Shown here: positions 17,935 through 28,659 of the stretch, piece by piece | How the letters are laid out: each line of letters begins with the position of its first letter | How positions within the stretch are numbered: the first letter of the stretch is position 1 | NCBI GenBank assembly: GCA_016867135.1 | Contig: VGKH01000002.1 | Coordinates: 6,312 to 70,311, forward strand | Length of the DNA: 64,000 bases | Origin: Candidatus Omnitrophota bacterium | GTDB lineage: Bacteria > Omnitrophota > Gorgyraeia > VGKH01 | Reading direction: 5' to 3' | Translations under genes and position numbers: made by a program | Notes under the pieces: generated by a model | Told to the model about the DNA's origin: nothing | Databases searched by the model: none | What the model saw: the letters and a program-made list of their open reading frames with translations, nothing else

Positions 17935-20171
17935 GAAAAATAAATATTTTACACATTGCGGAAGATTTAAGCATCGGTGGTGTAGAGGAACTTTTTAGGA
18001 TTATCGTTACGGGGCTTGACCGAAAAAAGTATAACGTTTATGTCTGCTGTATCGAGGAGGGCGGCCAGACAGCAAAAGAATTGATAGAGGCAGGGATCAA
18101 GGTCGATATCCTGGGGATGAAATCTTATCATAATCTCTTTAATATTTTAAGACTAAAGAAATATATAAAAGAAAGAAAAATAGACATCATCCATTCACAT
18201 ATGTATTTTTCTAATACTTTCGCTAGAATTGCTGCAATTTTAGCCAGAACCCCAATTTTAATCTCTACCGCCTACAGCAGCTATTATGAATTCAAGAAAA
18301 GAAACATTTTGATGGCGCATTTTCTTTCGAAGTTTACCGATAGAATCATTGCCGTCTCAAATTCAATCAAAGAATTTACGGTCAAGCAACAAAAGATATC
18401 GGCTGATAAATTCACGGTTATCCATGATTGCGCCAGCACAGAAAAATTTTCTAAAGATATTGATTCCTTTTTAGTAAAAAGAGGCCTGGGCATTGATTCC
18501 GATTATTCGGTCGTTGGTTGCGTGGCCAGGCTGAATATCGTTAAAGGTCATAGTTATCTTATTCAAGCGGCTGCAGAAGTTTTAAAAATAGATCCTAAAG
18601 TTAAGTTCTTGCTTGTGGGTGACGGTCCCCTGAAAGACGAACTCCAGGAATTATCAGCCCATTTGGGAATAAAAGATAACATTATTTTTACAGGTTCCCG
18701 TCGGGAAATTCCTGAAATGGTTTCTGCAATGGACATATTTGTTCTTCCGTCAGCCTTAAGAGAAGGCTGTCCGCTTTCTATTCTAGAAGCCATGGCGATG
18801 TCTAGGCCGGTTATTGCCTCACGATTAGGTGGTATCCCGGAGGAGGTTGAAGATGGGAAAAGCGGGATTCTCGTTACTCCTAAAGACTCGAAGGCTTTAG
18901 CCGATGCAATCATTAAATTATTATCCGATAAAAAACTAGCTAAAGAAATGGGAAGGGAAGGACGCAAGATTTTTGAGGAAAAATTTTCCCAAGAAACAAT
19001 GTTAAGAAAACTAGAATCACTTTATGACGAGCTATCCGCAAAAAAGTTAGCAAAAAGAATTCTCTATGTGGATATTCATGGCGACATTTGGGGAGGAGGC
19101 CAATTCAGTTTATTAAGTATTTTGGAAAGGATCGATAAAACTTATCTTAAACCTGTTGTTGTTTTGCCTTATGAAGGCAATCTATCCAAGAAAATTAGAG
19201 AGATGGGTATAGAGGCGCAAATTATCCCTTTCGGTTCAATCAAGAATACAAATATTGTTATTAATTTATTTTCAGTAATAAGATTCTATTCGTTGATTAA
19301 AAAGAAAAAGATTAATTTAATTCACATAAATGCTCTTCGGCCGATGTTTTATGCTGGTATTGCTGCAAAGATTGCGGGGGTGCCTGTGATATGGCATGCC
19401 CGCGATTTAAGGGCTGCGAAGTCGATAGACAGGTTATTGAGCAATTTTGCAGTCCATGTTATTGCCATATCTAAAATAGTAGCTGGCAGATTCCCTTGGT
19501 ATCGAGAAAAACCAAGCCGCCTGTCAATAATTTATAACGGAATCGATATAGACAAATTTAGTCCAAGGCCGAAAGAAGTCAGGATTCTTAATGAATTTGG
19601 CATAGATAGGGATGCTGCCGTGGTGGGCTTAATAGGCCATATTGAGCCTCGTAAGGGCCATGCTGCCTTCTTGCAAGCGGCATCAAAGGTGCTGCTTAAA
19701 TTTCCCAAAACAAAATTCTTGATTGTAGGAAAAGATTCAACAGAAGGTAGAATATATCAGCAAGAGCTTGAATCTTTAGTTAATAAATTAAATATAAAAG
19801 ATAATGTTATTCTTGCCGGAAACAGACAAGATATAACTGAAATTATATCAATAATGGATTTAATTATTTGCCCTTTTAAGGACGAAGCTTTCGGCAGGGT
19901 GGTTATTGAAGCCATGGCAATGGCAAAGCCGGTTATCGGATACAGAAGCGGAGCTTTGCCTGAATTAATTAAAGAAAGAGAAACAGGGTTGCTTGTTGAT
20001 ACGGATAGGGCAGACTTATTGGCAGATGCAATTATAGATTTGCTAGAACACAAAGACAAATCTACGAAATTCGGAGCGGCTGGTCGTAAAATAGTAGAAG
20101 AAAGATTTAATGTAAAAACTACAGTAGATATGATTGAGGATGTTTATATCCAGATATTACATAAACATTAA
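17931..20171 (+). CDS. tandem double-domain glycosyltransferase family 4 (GT4-GT4 fusion, 746 aa)
   Basis: Two repeats of GT4 C-terminal pattern (…REGCPLSILEAMAMSRPVIASRLGGIPE… and …EAFGRVVIEAMAMAKPVIGYRSGALPE…). Confidence 0.8.
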   Translation: MRKINILHIAEDLSIGGVEELFRIIVTGLDRKKYNVYVCCIEEGGQTAKELIEAGIKVDILGMKSYHNLFNILRLKKYIKERKIDIIHSHMYFSNTFARIAAILARTPILISTAYSSYYEFKKRNILMAHFLSKFTDRIIAVSNSIKEFTVKQQKISADKFTVIHDCASTEKFSKDIDSFLVKRGLGIDSDYSVVGCVARLNIVKGHSYLIQAAAEVLKIDPKVKFLLVGDGPLKDELQELSAHLGIKDNIIFTGSRREIPEMVSAMDIFVLPSALREGCPLSILEAMAMSRPVIASRLGGIPEEVEDGKSGILVTPKDSKALADAIIKLLSDKKLAKEMGREGRKIFEEKFSQETMLRKLESLYDELSAKKLAKRILYVDIHGDIWGGGQFSLLSILERIDKTYLKPVVVLPYEGNLSKKIREMGIEAQIIPFGSIKNTNIVINLFSVIRFYSLIKKKKINLIHINALRPMFYAGIAAKIAGVPVIWHARDLRAAKSIDRLLSNFAVHVIAISKIVAGRFPWYREKPSRLSIIYNGIDIDKFSPRPKEVRILNEFGIDRDAAVVGLIGHIEPRKGHAAFLQAASKVLLKFPKTKFLIVGKDSTEGRIYQQELESLVNKLNIKDNVILAGNRQDITEIISIMDLIICPFKDEAFGRVVIEAMAMAKPVIGYRSGALPELIKERETGLLVDTDRADLLADAIIDLLEHKDKSTKFGAAGRKIVEERFNVKTTVDMIEDVYIQILHKH

Positions 20172-20182
20172 TAGAGTTAGGA

Positions 20183-21610
20183 ATGAATAGAACGCATAAA
20201 ATAGCCCAAAACACATTTTTTCTTATCGCTGCCCAGATATTTAATATCGCGGGGCGCCTTTTATTTTCTATCTTTTTAGTAAGATATTTAGGCGCAATCA
20301 ATCTGGGGCATATTTCTATCGCTATCGCTATTATTGAATTGTTCCATATCATAACAGATTTTGGTTTAGGAATAGTCGCCACCAGAGAGATAGCCCAGGA
20401 TAAGGCCAGGGTGTCCCAATATTTTGGGGTTATGCTTGGTTTAAAATTCATGCTTGCATTGGTTGCTTCTTTATTGGTTTTCGCTATTGTACGCATTGCC
20501 CCATATAGCAGCCAAGTAAGAATTGCAGTCTACATTATGATACCTTCCATATTTTTTAATTCGTTATTTACTTCTTTTATTTGCATTTTTAGGGCGCATG
20601 AGAATATGCAGCATGAAAGTTTGATTTCTTTATCGTCTAGTTTTATTTATATATTACTAGGATTTTTTGCAATCTATTTAAAATTAGGCATATTTTTTAT
20701 TGCCGCGCTGACAACTATGTCGGCGCTGGTTAATTTATGCATGGCTGCAATAATATATCGCGTCAAATATCAGGCCGTTAAATTAATCTTTGATAAGGAA
20801 TTTGCGCAAAAACTATTCAAAACTTCTCTTCCAATAGGAGTTGGCATAATTTTGGCTATGGCATTAAGCCGGTTAGACGTGATTTTACTTTCTCTTTTGA
20901 AAGGAGCGAATGAAGTAGGATTATACTCGGCAGCCTACAGGTTGATTGTAACATTTTTATTTGTGCCGTATTATCTTGCCACTTCGATGTTCCCAGTAAT
21001 GTCAGATTGGCAGAAGCAGGAAAAAACAGAAGAGCTAAAAGTCTTAGTGGAAAAGATAATCAGGTTTTCGATGATTTTTATCATTCCTGTTGCGGTATTT
21101 TTTTCTCTTGTCTCTGGAAAATTAATAGTGATATTGTATGGGAACAGTTTCTCTGCTAGCGGCCCCATATTAGCTTTATTGCTGTGGTATCTTGTCGCGG
21201 CGTTTCCAGCTTTTATACTGACGCACCTTTTATTTCTTTCCCATGCCAAGGAATACGCGCTTTTTTATTTGATAGCCCTTTTAGTAAATGTGGTTTCAAA
21301 TTTACTGCTTATACCTGTTTTGGGTATGACAGCCGTGGCAATCAACGCGATAATAAGTGTCTTAATTATAGATTTTCTTTCTTACCATAGGATTTATACA
21401 AGGCTTATTAAATTGAATATAGTAAAACCGATAATTTTGCCGTTAGTCGCGTCATTGGGAATAGTTATCTTGGTTTTTAGTTTTAAGACCTTGAATATTC
21501 TTTATTTGTTATTTTATTCAATAACACTTTATTTTCTGATACTTTATTTGATTAGAGGTTTAACCAGGCAAGATATCATATTTTTCAAAGGGATTATTCG
21601 TTTAAAATAA
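20183..21610 (+). CDS. MOP-superfamily polysaccharide flippase (Wzx-like), second copy
   Basis: 12-14 TM helices; hydrophobic throughout. Confidence 0.55.
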   Translation: MNRTHKIAQNTFFLIAAQIFNIAGRLLFSIFLVRYLGAINLGHISIAIAIIELFHIITDFGLGIVATREIAQDKARVSQYFGVMLGLKFMLALVASLLVFAIVRIAPYSSQVRIAVYIMIPSIFFNSLFTSFICIFRAHENMQHESLISLSSSFIYILLGFFAIYLKLGIFFIAALTTMSALVNLCMAAIIYRVKYQAVKLIFDKEFAQKLFKTSLPIGVGIILAMALSRLDVILLSLLKGANEVGLYSAAYRLIVTFLFVPYYLATSMFPVMSDWQKQEKTEELKVLVEKIIRFSMIFIIPVAVFFSLVSGKLIVILYGNSFSASGPILALLLWYLVAAFPAFILTHLLFLSHAKEYALFYLIALLVNVVSNLLLIPVLGMTAVAINAIISVLIIDFLSYHRIYTRLIKLNIVKPIILPLVASLGIVILVFSFKTLNILYLLFYSITLYFLILYLIRGLTRQDIIFFKGIIRLK

Positions 21611-21613
21611 AAT

Positions 21614-22453
21614 ATGCAGATGCAAGAAGATAATTTTAAAAGAGGTTCAATTTCCCATTGGGAAAAAGATTGGGCAGGTAAAAAAGCCGCCTTTAGCCTA
21701 ACGAAACCAGTTGATGATTGGAATTATTTTGATGTTTTTAGAGCAGAGTATCTAGAAAAAATGCTTTTAAGTGATAAAAATATTCTTTGTTTAGAATGTG
21801 GTTGTGGCACCGCCAGTACTTCGGTATATTTTGCCAGCAAAGGCGTAAAGACAATTATGTTAGATGCTTCAATTTCGGCCTTAAAAATCGCAAGTGAGAA
21901 TTTTAGTAATCACAATCTAAAAGGAGAATTTGTAAACGGAAATATGGAATGCCTTCCTTTCGCAGATGATAAATTTGATTTGGTGATGAGTTTTGGCGTG
22001 CTTGAACATTTTGAAAATATGTCCTTGGCCATCAAAGAAATGGTTAGAATCTTAAAGCCCGATGGAATTTTCTTCGCCGCAGTGTCTCCAAAAAAATATT
22101 CTATACAATTGGCGGGGAATTTAATAAATACTTTGATGAGGTTTATTTATAATCTTAAGCATCTGCGTTTTAGGGATGCTTTTTTAAATAGCTATCCTGC
22201 TGCTCCCGGATTTTATGAAAATTCTTTTTCGTCTGCTCAATACGTTAAAGTTATGGAGAAATGCGGGTTAAAAAATGTAAAATTATCGGGCTCAAGGCCA
22301 TTCCCGAGCCTAAACATACTTCCTTCTATGTTTAAGATTTATATTGTGTTTATGAAAATGCTGAAGCCTTTGCATCTGTTGTTTGAAATGCATACCTCTA
22401 AGTTTACAGAACTATGGGGAGTCGAATGGAGTATAATCGGAGCTAAAAAATAA
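21614..22453 (+). CDS. class I SAM-dependent methyltransferase
   Basis: LECGCGTAS motif I; LKPDGIFF motif. Confidence 0.65.
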   Translation: MQMQEDNFKRGSISHWEKDWAGKKAAFSLTKPVDDWNYFDVFRAEYLEKMLLSDKNILCLECGCGTASTSVYFASKGVKTIMLDASISALKIASENFSNHNLKGEFVNGNMECLPFADDKFDLVMSFGVLEHFENMSLAIKEMVRILKPDGIFFAAVSPKKYSIQLAGNLINTLMRFIYNLKHLRFRDAFLNSYPAAPGFYENSFSSAQYVKVMEKCGLKNVKLSGSRPFPSLNILPSMFKIYIVFMKMLKPLHLLFEMHTSKFTELWGVEWSIIGAKK

Positions 22454-22456
22454 AAT

Positions 22457-23620
22457 ATGAAGATAGGGATAGACGCAAGATTAGTCCCATATGAGAAAAA
22501 AGAGGGCATGGCTTTTTACGCCATGCATCTTGTCGAGAATTTGCCCAGAGTCGATAATATAAATGAGTACTTATTCTTTTATAATATATTCTTGCAGGGA
22601 GATAAAAGATTTATTCCTGATTTTTCCGGGTGCAAGAACGCATTGAATAAAATCTTTTGGATTCCGGGAAGGGTTTTGGATACTTTTTGGACAAGATTTA
22701 ATTTTCCTTCGATAGAATCTTTCTTGGGTAGGGTAGATTTATTTCATACTCTAGCTTTTACTTCATTACCGCCATATTTCTATCTTCCCCCGCAGAACAA
22801 AGGCAAAAGGGTCGTCACGATTCATGATATTTTTCCTTTGTTGTTTCCGGATCGGGCTAAAGATACATTTAATATAAAAGAATGTGCTCAAGGTTTAAGG
22901 AATGTAGTCAAAAAAGCCGATGCGATTATCTGCGTATCGAAATCGGAACAGAGAGATTTGATAGAATTTACCGGAATACCTGAGAACAAAACTTATGCGG
23001 CGTATCTTGGCTTAAGTGAGGATTTTTGTAAGATAAATGACCAAGAGAAGATAAGAGCCGTAGTTGATAAGTACCGTATAAAGGGCGGGTATATATTGAC
23101 CGTTTCTCATTTGGACCATAAGAAGAATTTGGTTAATTTGATTAAGGCGTTCGCTTTGTTTAGAAAAGAATATAATTTTAAATTAGTGATTACCGGAAAT
23201 AAAGGGGACGCTACCAGCGAGGTCTTTGAAACGATAGTAAAATTAGGATTATCCGAAGAGATTATTTATCTTGGCTATGTTGAGAGGGAGGATGTTGTAA
23301 TTTTGTTGAATGCTGCGGAGCTTTTTGTATTTCCTTCTTTCTATGAATCTTTTGGTTTTCCTAACCTAGAAGCCATGAAATGCGAGACGCCGGTTGTGAC
23401 TTCTAATATTGCGGCAATGCAGGAATTAGTAGGGGATGCGGGAATGCTCGCAGACCCTCACAGCCCGGAAAGCATTGCAGAGGCAATGACAAAGGTTGTA
23501 AGCGATAAGAATCTTCGCGATGTATTAATCTCGCGAGGCAAAGAAAAGGTAAAGGCGTTCAGCTGGGAGAAAACCGCAAGGGATACTGTTGAAATTTATA
23601 GAAAGGTATTAGGAAGCTAA
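22457..23620 (+). CDS. glycosyltransferase family 4
   Basis: C-terminal FVFPSFYESFGFPNLEAMKCETPVVTSN GT4 signature. Confidence 0.75.
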   Translation: MKIGIDARLVPYEKKEGMAFYAMHLVENLPRVDNINEYLFFYNIFLQGDKRFIPDFSGCKNALNKIFWIPGRVLDTFWTRFNFPSIESFLGRVDLFHTLAFTSLPPYFYLPPQNKGKRVVTIHDIFPLLFPDRAKDTFNIKECAQGLRNVVKKADAIICVSKSEQRDLIEFTGIPENKTYAAYLGLSEDFCKINDQEKIRAVVDKYRIKGGYILTVSHLDHKKNLVNLIKAFALFRKEYNFKLVITGNKGDATSEVFETIVKLGLSEEIIYLGYVEREDVVILLNAAELFVFPSFYESFGFPNLEAMKCETPVVTSNIAAMQELVGDAGMLADPHSPESIAEAMTKVVSDKNLRDVLISRGKEKVKAFSWEKTARDTVEIYRKVLGS

Positions 23621-24822
23621 TGGATCTGCGTAAATATACGGGGCAAATAAAATCCAGGCCTATAAGAAGGCTGGCGCGTCTAATGAGAAAAATCGCTTTT
23701 CATGTTATGAATTTCTTCGGCGCAATCTTGTTTTTTTTGCTTAGATTGGTACGGATAATACCTTTCCCGCAAAACTTAGAAAAAGATAAAATACATAAAA
23801 TATTGATAGCAAGGCCGGATATGATTGGCGATGTGGTGTTGGCTACACCGCTTATAAAAGCTTGCAGGGATAATTTTCCGGACGCGCATATCGCCATGCT
23901 GGTATCTGAGCTGACTAAAGATTTGGTTCTGAAGAACCCGTATCTTGATGAGGTTATTGTTACAAAAGGTATCGGTATTAAGAATTTAATTAGAGATAGA
24001 GATACGATTAAATCTATTAGGAAAGAACGATTTGATTTGGCATTTGTTCTTTTTTCTGCATTTTCTTGTAATCTTTTTGTTTTTTTAAGCGGGGTAACTC
24101 ATCGGATAGGCTATGGGGATAGAGGAAGTAAATTTTTATTAACAAAGTCGCTCAGCCGAGATGACCTCCAATTAGATATTGTGCATAATATAGATTTAAA
24201 TTTGAATCTTCTGAAAGCAATAGGAGGGAAGGTAGAATCTAAGCAGCTATATGTAAGCGTTTATGGGGAATCCGAAGCTAGGGCCTCAAGCTTTTTTCAA
24301 GAGCATGGCTTAGGTGTAAGCGACATGGTGGTTTTGATTCATCCCGGTTCCAGAAAAAAATATCAGCGTTGGCCAGTTTCTAGTTTTTCTAAGCTCGCAG
24401 ATAGATTAATCGATGAGCTAAAGGCAAAAATTATATTGCTAAGCGGGCCGTTAGACGGAGAAGTGGTAAAAAGTGTAGTTAGCCAGATGCGCAATTATCC
24501 TGTTGTTGCTTCGGGTCTAGGCTTAAGAGATGCAATATCTTTGATTAAAAAATGCGATTTATATATCGGGCACTCTACCGGGACAACGCATATCGCAGAC
24601 GCTCTGGGCAAAACGGCCATAATGATTATGGGCTTCTTGAAATCCTGGGACGGCCCGGGGGCATGGGGGCTCACTCATCATGGAAGCATCAATGTTTTTA
24701 AGGATATAGGTTGTCCATATTGCGTTCCATCGGAATGCAGAAATTATCCCTGCTTGTCAGAAATCAAGGTGGAAGAAGTATTTGATGCTGCCAAGCAACA
24801 GATAGATAAGATTAAGAAATAG
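23620..24822 (+). CDS. glycosyltransferase family 9 (heptosyltransferase-like)
   Basis: ILIARPDMIGDVVLATPLIKA N-terminal GT9 motif; HPGS...W motif. Confidence 0.7.
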   Translation: MDLRKYTGQIKSRPIRRLARLMRKIAFHVMNFFGAILFFLLRLVRIIPFPQNLEKDKIHKILIARPDMIGDVVLATPLIKACRDNFPDAHIAMLVSELTKDLVLKNPYLDEVIVTKGIGIKNLIRDRDTIKSIRKERFDLAFVLFSAFSCNLFVFLSGVTHRIGYGDRGSKFLLTKSLSRDDLQLDIVHNIDLNLNLLKAIGGKVESKQLYVSVYGESEARASSFFQEHGLGVSDMVVLIHPGSRKKYQRWPVSSFSKLADRLIDELKAKIILLSGPLDGEVVKSVVSQMRNYPVVASGLGLRDAISLIKKCDLYIGHSTGTTHIADALGKTAIMIMGFLKSWDGPGAWGLTHHGSINVFKDIGCPYCVPSECRNYPCLSEIKVEEVFDAAKQQIDKIKK

Positions 24823-24842
24823 ATAATTAGCTTAAAACATAT

Positions 24843-25565
24843 ATGTTGAATGAATCAAAAGACTTCAAGAAATTTTATGATGATAATATCCTTGCAGAGG
24901 GCAGGGAATATCAGATAGAGAGATATTATGAACCCAAAGAAGTATATAATCAAAGAAGAATTAGCATTGTTCTAGAAAAGTTAGCTCCTCGGAAAAATGA
25001 GAGAGTTCTTGATATCGGATGCGGCGTCGGAACGTTTGCTTTTCATTCATCAAAAACCGGGGCAGTAGTTTACGGAGTTGATTATTCTTTTGAATCTATC
25101 AAAATGGCGAAAAATTTAGTGGAAAGGTACAATACTCCGATCAAAGCTAAGTTTGTAGTGGCAGATGCAACTAAGATTCCTTTTGGAGATTCTAGTTTTG
25201 ATAAAATAATTTCCGCAGATTTTATTGAGCATATATCTTATGAAGAAAAAGATAATCTTCTCAAAGAAATATATCGCCTGCTTAAGCCTGGTGGAGCCGG
25301 GGCAATATTCTCTCCTAATGCCACCAGGGAAAAGATCGGTAATATTTATTGGAGACTAAGAAATAAAATATTCGGGGATAAAATTCCTTATGATGTGTTG
25401 CATTTCGGCCTAACTAATAAATATGCTTTTGAAGCTATTTTAAAAAAACATCAATTTAAATTTAAGCTTGTATACGAAGATACCACAAGGCCCTTTTTAG
25501 CAAGGATTCCTTTACTGAGAAATTTCTTAGCCTTGTATCTACTGTGGATGATAAAGAAAAGTTAA
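24843..25565 (+). CDS. class I SAM-dependent methyltransferase
   Basis: VLDIGCGVGTFAF motif I, LLKPGG motif. Confidence 0.7.
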   Translation: MLNESKDFKKFYDDNILAEGREYQIERYYEPKEVYNQRRISIVLEKLAPRKNERVLDIGCGVGTFAFHSSKTGAVVYGVDYSFESIKMAKNLVERYNTPIKAKFVVADATKIPFGDSSFDKIISADFIEHISYEEKDNLLKEIYRLLKPGGAGAIFSPNATREKIGNIYWRLRNKIFGDKIPYDVLHFGLTNKYAFEAILKKHQFKFKLVYEDTTRPFLARIPLLRNFLALYLLWMIKKS

Positions 25566-25590
25566 TAAATTATTTAAGAACGGATTAAAC

Positions 25591-27447
25591 ATGTGTGGAA
25601 TCTGCGGGATAGTTGGTAAATACGATAAGCAACTTCTGGAGAAGATGTGCGATGCGATGGTGCATCGCGGTCCGGATTCCGACGGTATCTTCTCGGGAAC
25701 AGACATGGGTTTAGGCATAAGACGGTTAAGGATCATAGATTTAGAAACCGGCGACCAGCCAATCCATAACGAGAATAAGAACCTTTGGATTGTGCTAAAC
25801 GGCGAGATTTATAATTACAAAGAATTAAAGGAAGGGCTCATAAAAAAAGGCCATAGATTTTATACCAAAACCGATACGGAAGTTATTTTACATCTTTATG
25901 AAGAATATAAAGATGATTGCGTAGATTTTTTACGCGGCATGTTTTCTTTTGCGATATGGGATTCTGATAAAAAGAGGTTATTTTTGGCCCGCGACAGAGT
26001 TGGGATAAAACCTTTGTATTACAGTTTTAATAATGGAAGATTTATTTTTGCATCTGAACTGAAAGCTATCTTAAAAGACGAATCAGCCGTAAAATCAATT
26101 GATTCAGAGTCGTTGGAATATTATCTGACATTCCTTTACATCCCCGCTCCGTTTACGATTTTTAAGTCAGTAAGAAAACTTCCTCCCGCCCATATCTTAA
26201 CCATGCAGGATGGCATTATAAAAATCCGTCGCTACTGGAAATTAGATTTTTACCATGACAAAATCGAGGCGGAAGACGATTACGTTGAAAAAATTAAGTC
26301 AATGCTTGAAGAAGTTACTAAGCTTCATATGGTTAGCGACGTACCGATAGGCGCTTTATTAAGCGGCGGACTTGATTCAAGCGCCGTTGTCGCTCTTATG
26401 AGTGAGTTTACACAGCATCCGATAAAGACTTTTTCAATTGGTTTTGAAGAAAAATTTTCATCTTATAATGAGCTGGAATTCTCGCGATTGGTCGCCAAAC
26501 AATTCGGCACAGAACATCACGAATTCATAATCAAGCCCAACATAATTGAGACGTTGCCTAAAATAATCCAATATTTAGAAGAACCATTCGCCGATTCTTC
26601 GGCTATTTTAAATTATTTGATTTGTAAGGAGGCAAAGAAATTTGTTACCGTAGGATTAACCGGCATAGGAGGCGACGAGATTTTCGGCGGTTACCCGCGC
26701 TATTTAGGGCTTATGGTTGATGAACATTATCAAAGGTTCCCCAGGTTTTTGCGGGCGGCCCTAAGCGGGTTCTCGGGGTTTATTCCCCAGACTACGGATA
26801 GCCAGAATATCGGAGGCAGGCTTTCTCGGTTTTTCAAGGGATCTTGCGCAAATACAAATCAAAGATACTTAAGTTGGTTGACGTATTTTGATGCAGTTAT
26901 GAAATCGGAACTTCTAAATCAAGAAGTAACAGTCAGGAATTACATCCATAATGATTATCTTAATGAATTAGAAACTAGCGATTTTATTGATAAAGCAAGC
27001 TACATGGATATAAACACTTACCTTCCCGACGATCTTTTGATTATGGCCGATAGAATGTCTATGGCGAATTCTTTTGAATTAAGGGTGCCATTATGCGACC
27101 ACAAGTTAATGGAGCTTTGCGCGGGCATTCCTTTTTCGGTAAAGTTAAAGGGTTTAAAATTAAAAAGCCTTTTTAAGAAGACGCTGAATAATGTTTTGCC
27201 TCAAGAGGTAATTAATAAAAGAAAGCAGGGCTTTATGGTTCCTCTGGCTGATTGGTTAAAAGAAGACCTGAGGGATTTTGTCAAAGATTCCCTCAGCAAC
27301 GAAGCGATAAAAAAGAGAGGATATTTTAATCCGGAATATGTTTCCGAAGTCCTGGATCTGCATTTTAAAGGCAAAAAGGTGCTAACCCACCAAATCTGGG
27401 CTTTGTTAGTTTTTGAATTGTGGGCGCAAAAATATTTAGATAGCTAA
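25591..27447 (+). CDS. asnB: asparagine synthetase (glutamine-hydrolysing) family amidotransferase
   Basis: MCGICGIVG N-terminal Cys nucleophile; SGGLDSS PP-loop. Confidence 0.85.
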   Translation: MCGICGIVGKYDKQLLEKMCDAMVHRGPDSDGIFSGTDMGLGIRRLRIIDLETGDQPIHNENKNLWIVLNGEIYNYKELKEGLIKKGHRFYTKTDTEVILHLYEEYKDDCVDFLRGMFSFAIWDSDKKRLFLARDRVGIKPLYYSFNNGRFIFASELKAILKDESAVKSIDSESLEYYLTFLYIPAPFTIFKSVRKLPPAHILTMQDGIIKIRRYWKLDFYHDKIEAEDDYVEKIKSMLEEVTKLHMVSDVPIGALLSGGLDSSAVVALMSEFTQHPIKTFSIGFEEKFSSYNELEFSRLVAKQFGTEHHEFIIKPNIIETLPKIIQYLEEPFADSSAILNYLICKEAKKFVTVGLTGIGGDEIFGGYPRYLGLMVDEHYQRFPRFLRAALSGFSGFIPQTTDSQNIGGRLSRFFKGSCANTNQRYLSWLTYFDAVMKSELLNQEVTVRNYIHNDYLNELETSDFIDKASYMDINTYLPDDLLIMADRMSMANSFELRVPLCDHKLMELCAGIPFSVKLKGLKLKSLFKKTLNNVLPQEVINKRKQGFMVPLADWLKEDLRDFVKDSLSNEAIKKRGYFNPEYVSEVLDLHFKGKKVLTHQIWALLVFELWAQKYLDS

Positions 27448-27450
27448 GAT

Positions 27451-28659
27451 ATGAATATTTTAGAAATAACAGAGGTATTTTATCCGGTTGTGGGAGGAGC
27501 AGGAAAGATAGTTTATCTTTCGTCCTCCGGTTTGGTCAAGAGAGGACATAAGGTTTCTATCATTACAAGAAAAGATAAGGGCCTAAAAGAAAATGAGTTT
27601 ATATCTGGGATAGATATTTATAGGGTAAATTGGTTCAATAATTTTTTTGCTTTAGCTGTTTCTTTTTTTAATATCGTAAACTTTGTGCGGAGTTTTTTGA
27701 GAAAAAATAATCCGGATTTGATTGTGTTCAATCAGCCTTTCTCAGCTTTTTCTGCTTTATGTGTCCGAGATTTAGCCAAGATATCTAAAATATATCGTTA
27801 CCATTCTTCGTGGTTTGAGGAATTCAAAGTCAAAAACAATATTCAAGAAGTTAAAATAAGTAAGCCTTTAAATATTTTAAAATGGATTATTCTTAGCCCT
27901 GTATTTTTTATAATGAAAGCCGTAGAGAGTTTTGCGCTTAAGCATTCAGATGCTATAATTGTGGCTAGCCAATATTCCAAAGAAAAATTAATCAGATTTT
28001 ACAAGATGGATGGAAACAGAATCCACATAATCCCCGGTTGCGTTGATACAGATGTTTTTAAGCCGACTGAAAACAAGCAGGATTTAAGAAAGCAGTTAAA
28101 TATGCCCCAGGATAGATTCATCTTGGTGACTGCCAGGAACCTCGTCCCAAGGATGGGGATCGATAATTTAATCTATGCCTTTTGTTCCCTGTCTAAAACA
28201 TATAAGGATTTATACTTAATAATTATCGGAGAGGGAAGGCTTAAGATCAAGTTACAAAAATTAGTTGGAAAGCTTTCGCTAGATAATCTTGTAAAATTCA
28301 CGGGGCAACTCAAGGAGCAGGATTTGGTTAAGCATTACCAGGCAAGCGATTTGTTTATCCTGCCCACCAAATATATTGAACATTTTGGCTTGGTAAGTAT
28401 TGAGGCTTTGGCATCGGGGATTCCCGTATTGGGAACTCCCGTCGGAGGAACAATAGAGATATTGGATGAATTTAACCGTGAATTTCTTTTTGAAGGCACA
28501 GATGCGGAAGCCATAGCCAAAGGAACAGGGAAGTTTCTCGATACTTTTAAAGGCGTTTATTCAAAAGAAAAATGCAGAGAATTTGCTATGAATCGGTATT
28601 CTTTGGATAAAATCATTACCCGGACAGAAAGAATATTCTTGGAGAATATTAAGAAATGA
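27451..28659 (+). CDS. glycosyltransferase family 4
   Basis: FILPTKYIEHFGLVSIEALASGIPVLGTPVGG. Confidence 0.75.
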   Translation: MNILEITEVFYPVVGGAGKIVYLSSSGLVKRGHKVSIITRKDKGLKENEFISGIDIYRVNWFNNFFALAVSFFNIVNFVRSFLRKNNPDLIVFNQPFSAFSALCVRDLAKISKIYRYHSSWFEEFKVKNNIQEVKISKPLNILKWIILSPVFFIMKAVESFALKHSDAIIVASQYSKEKLIRFYKMDGNRIHIIPGCVDTDVFKPTENKQDLRKQLNMPQDRFILVTARNLVPRMGIDNLIYAFCSLSKTYKDLYLIIIGEGRLKIKLQKLVGKLSLDNLVKFTGQLKEQDLVKHYQASDLFILPTKYIEHFGLVSIEALASGIPVLGTPVGGTIEILDEFNREFLFEGTDAEAIAKGTGKFLDTFKGVYSKEKCREFAMNRYSLDKIITRTERIFLENIKK

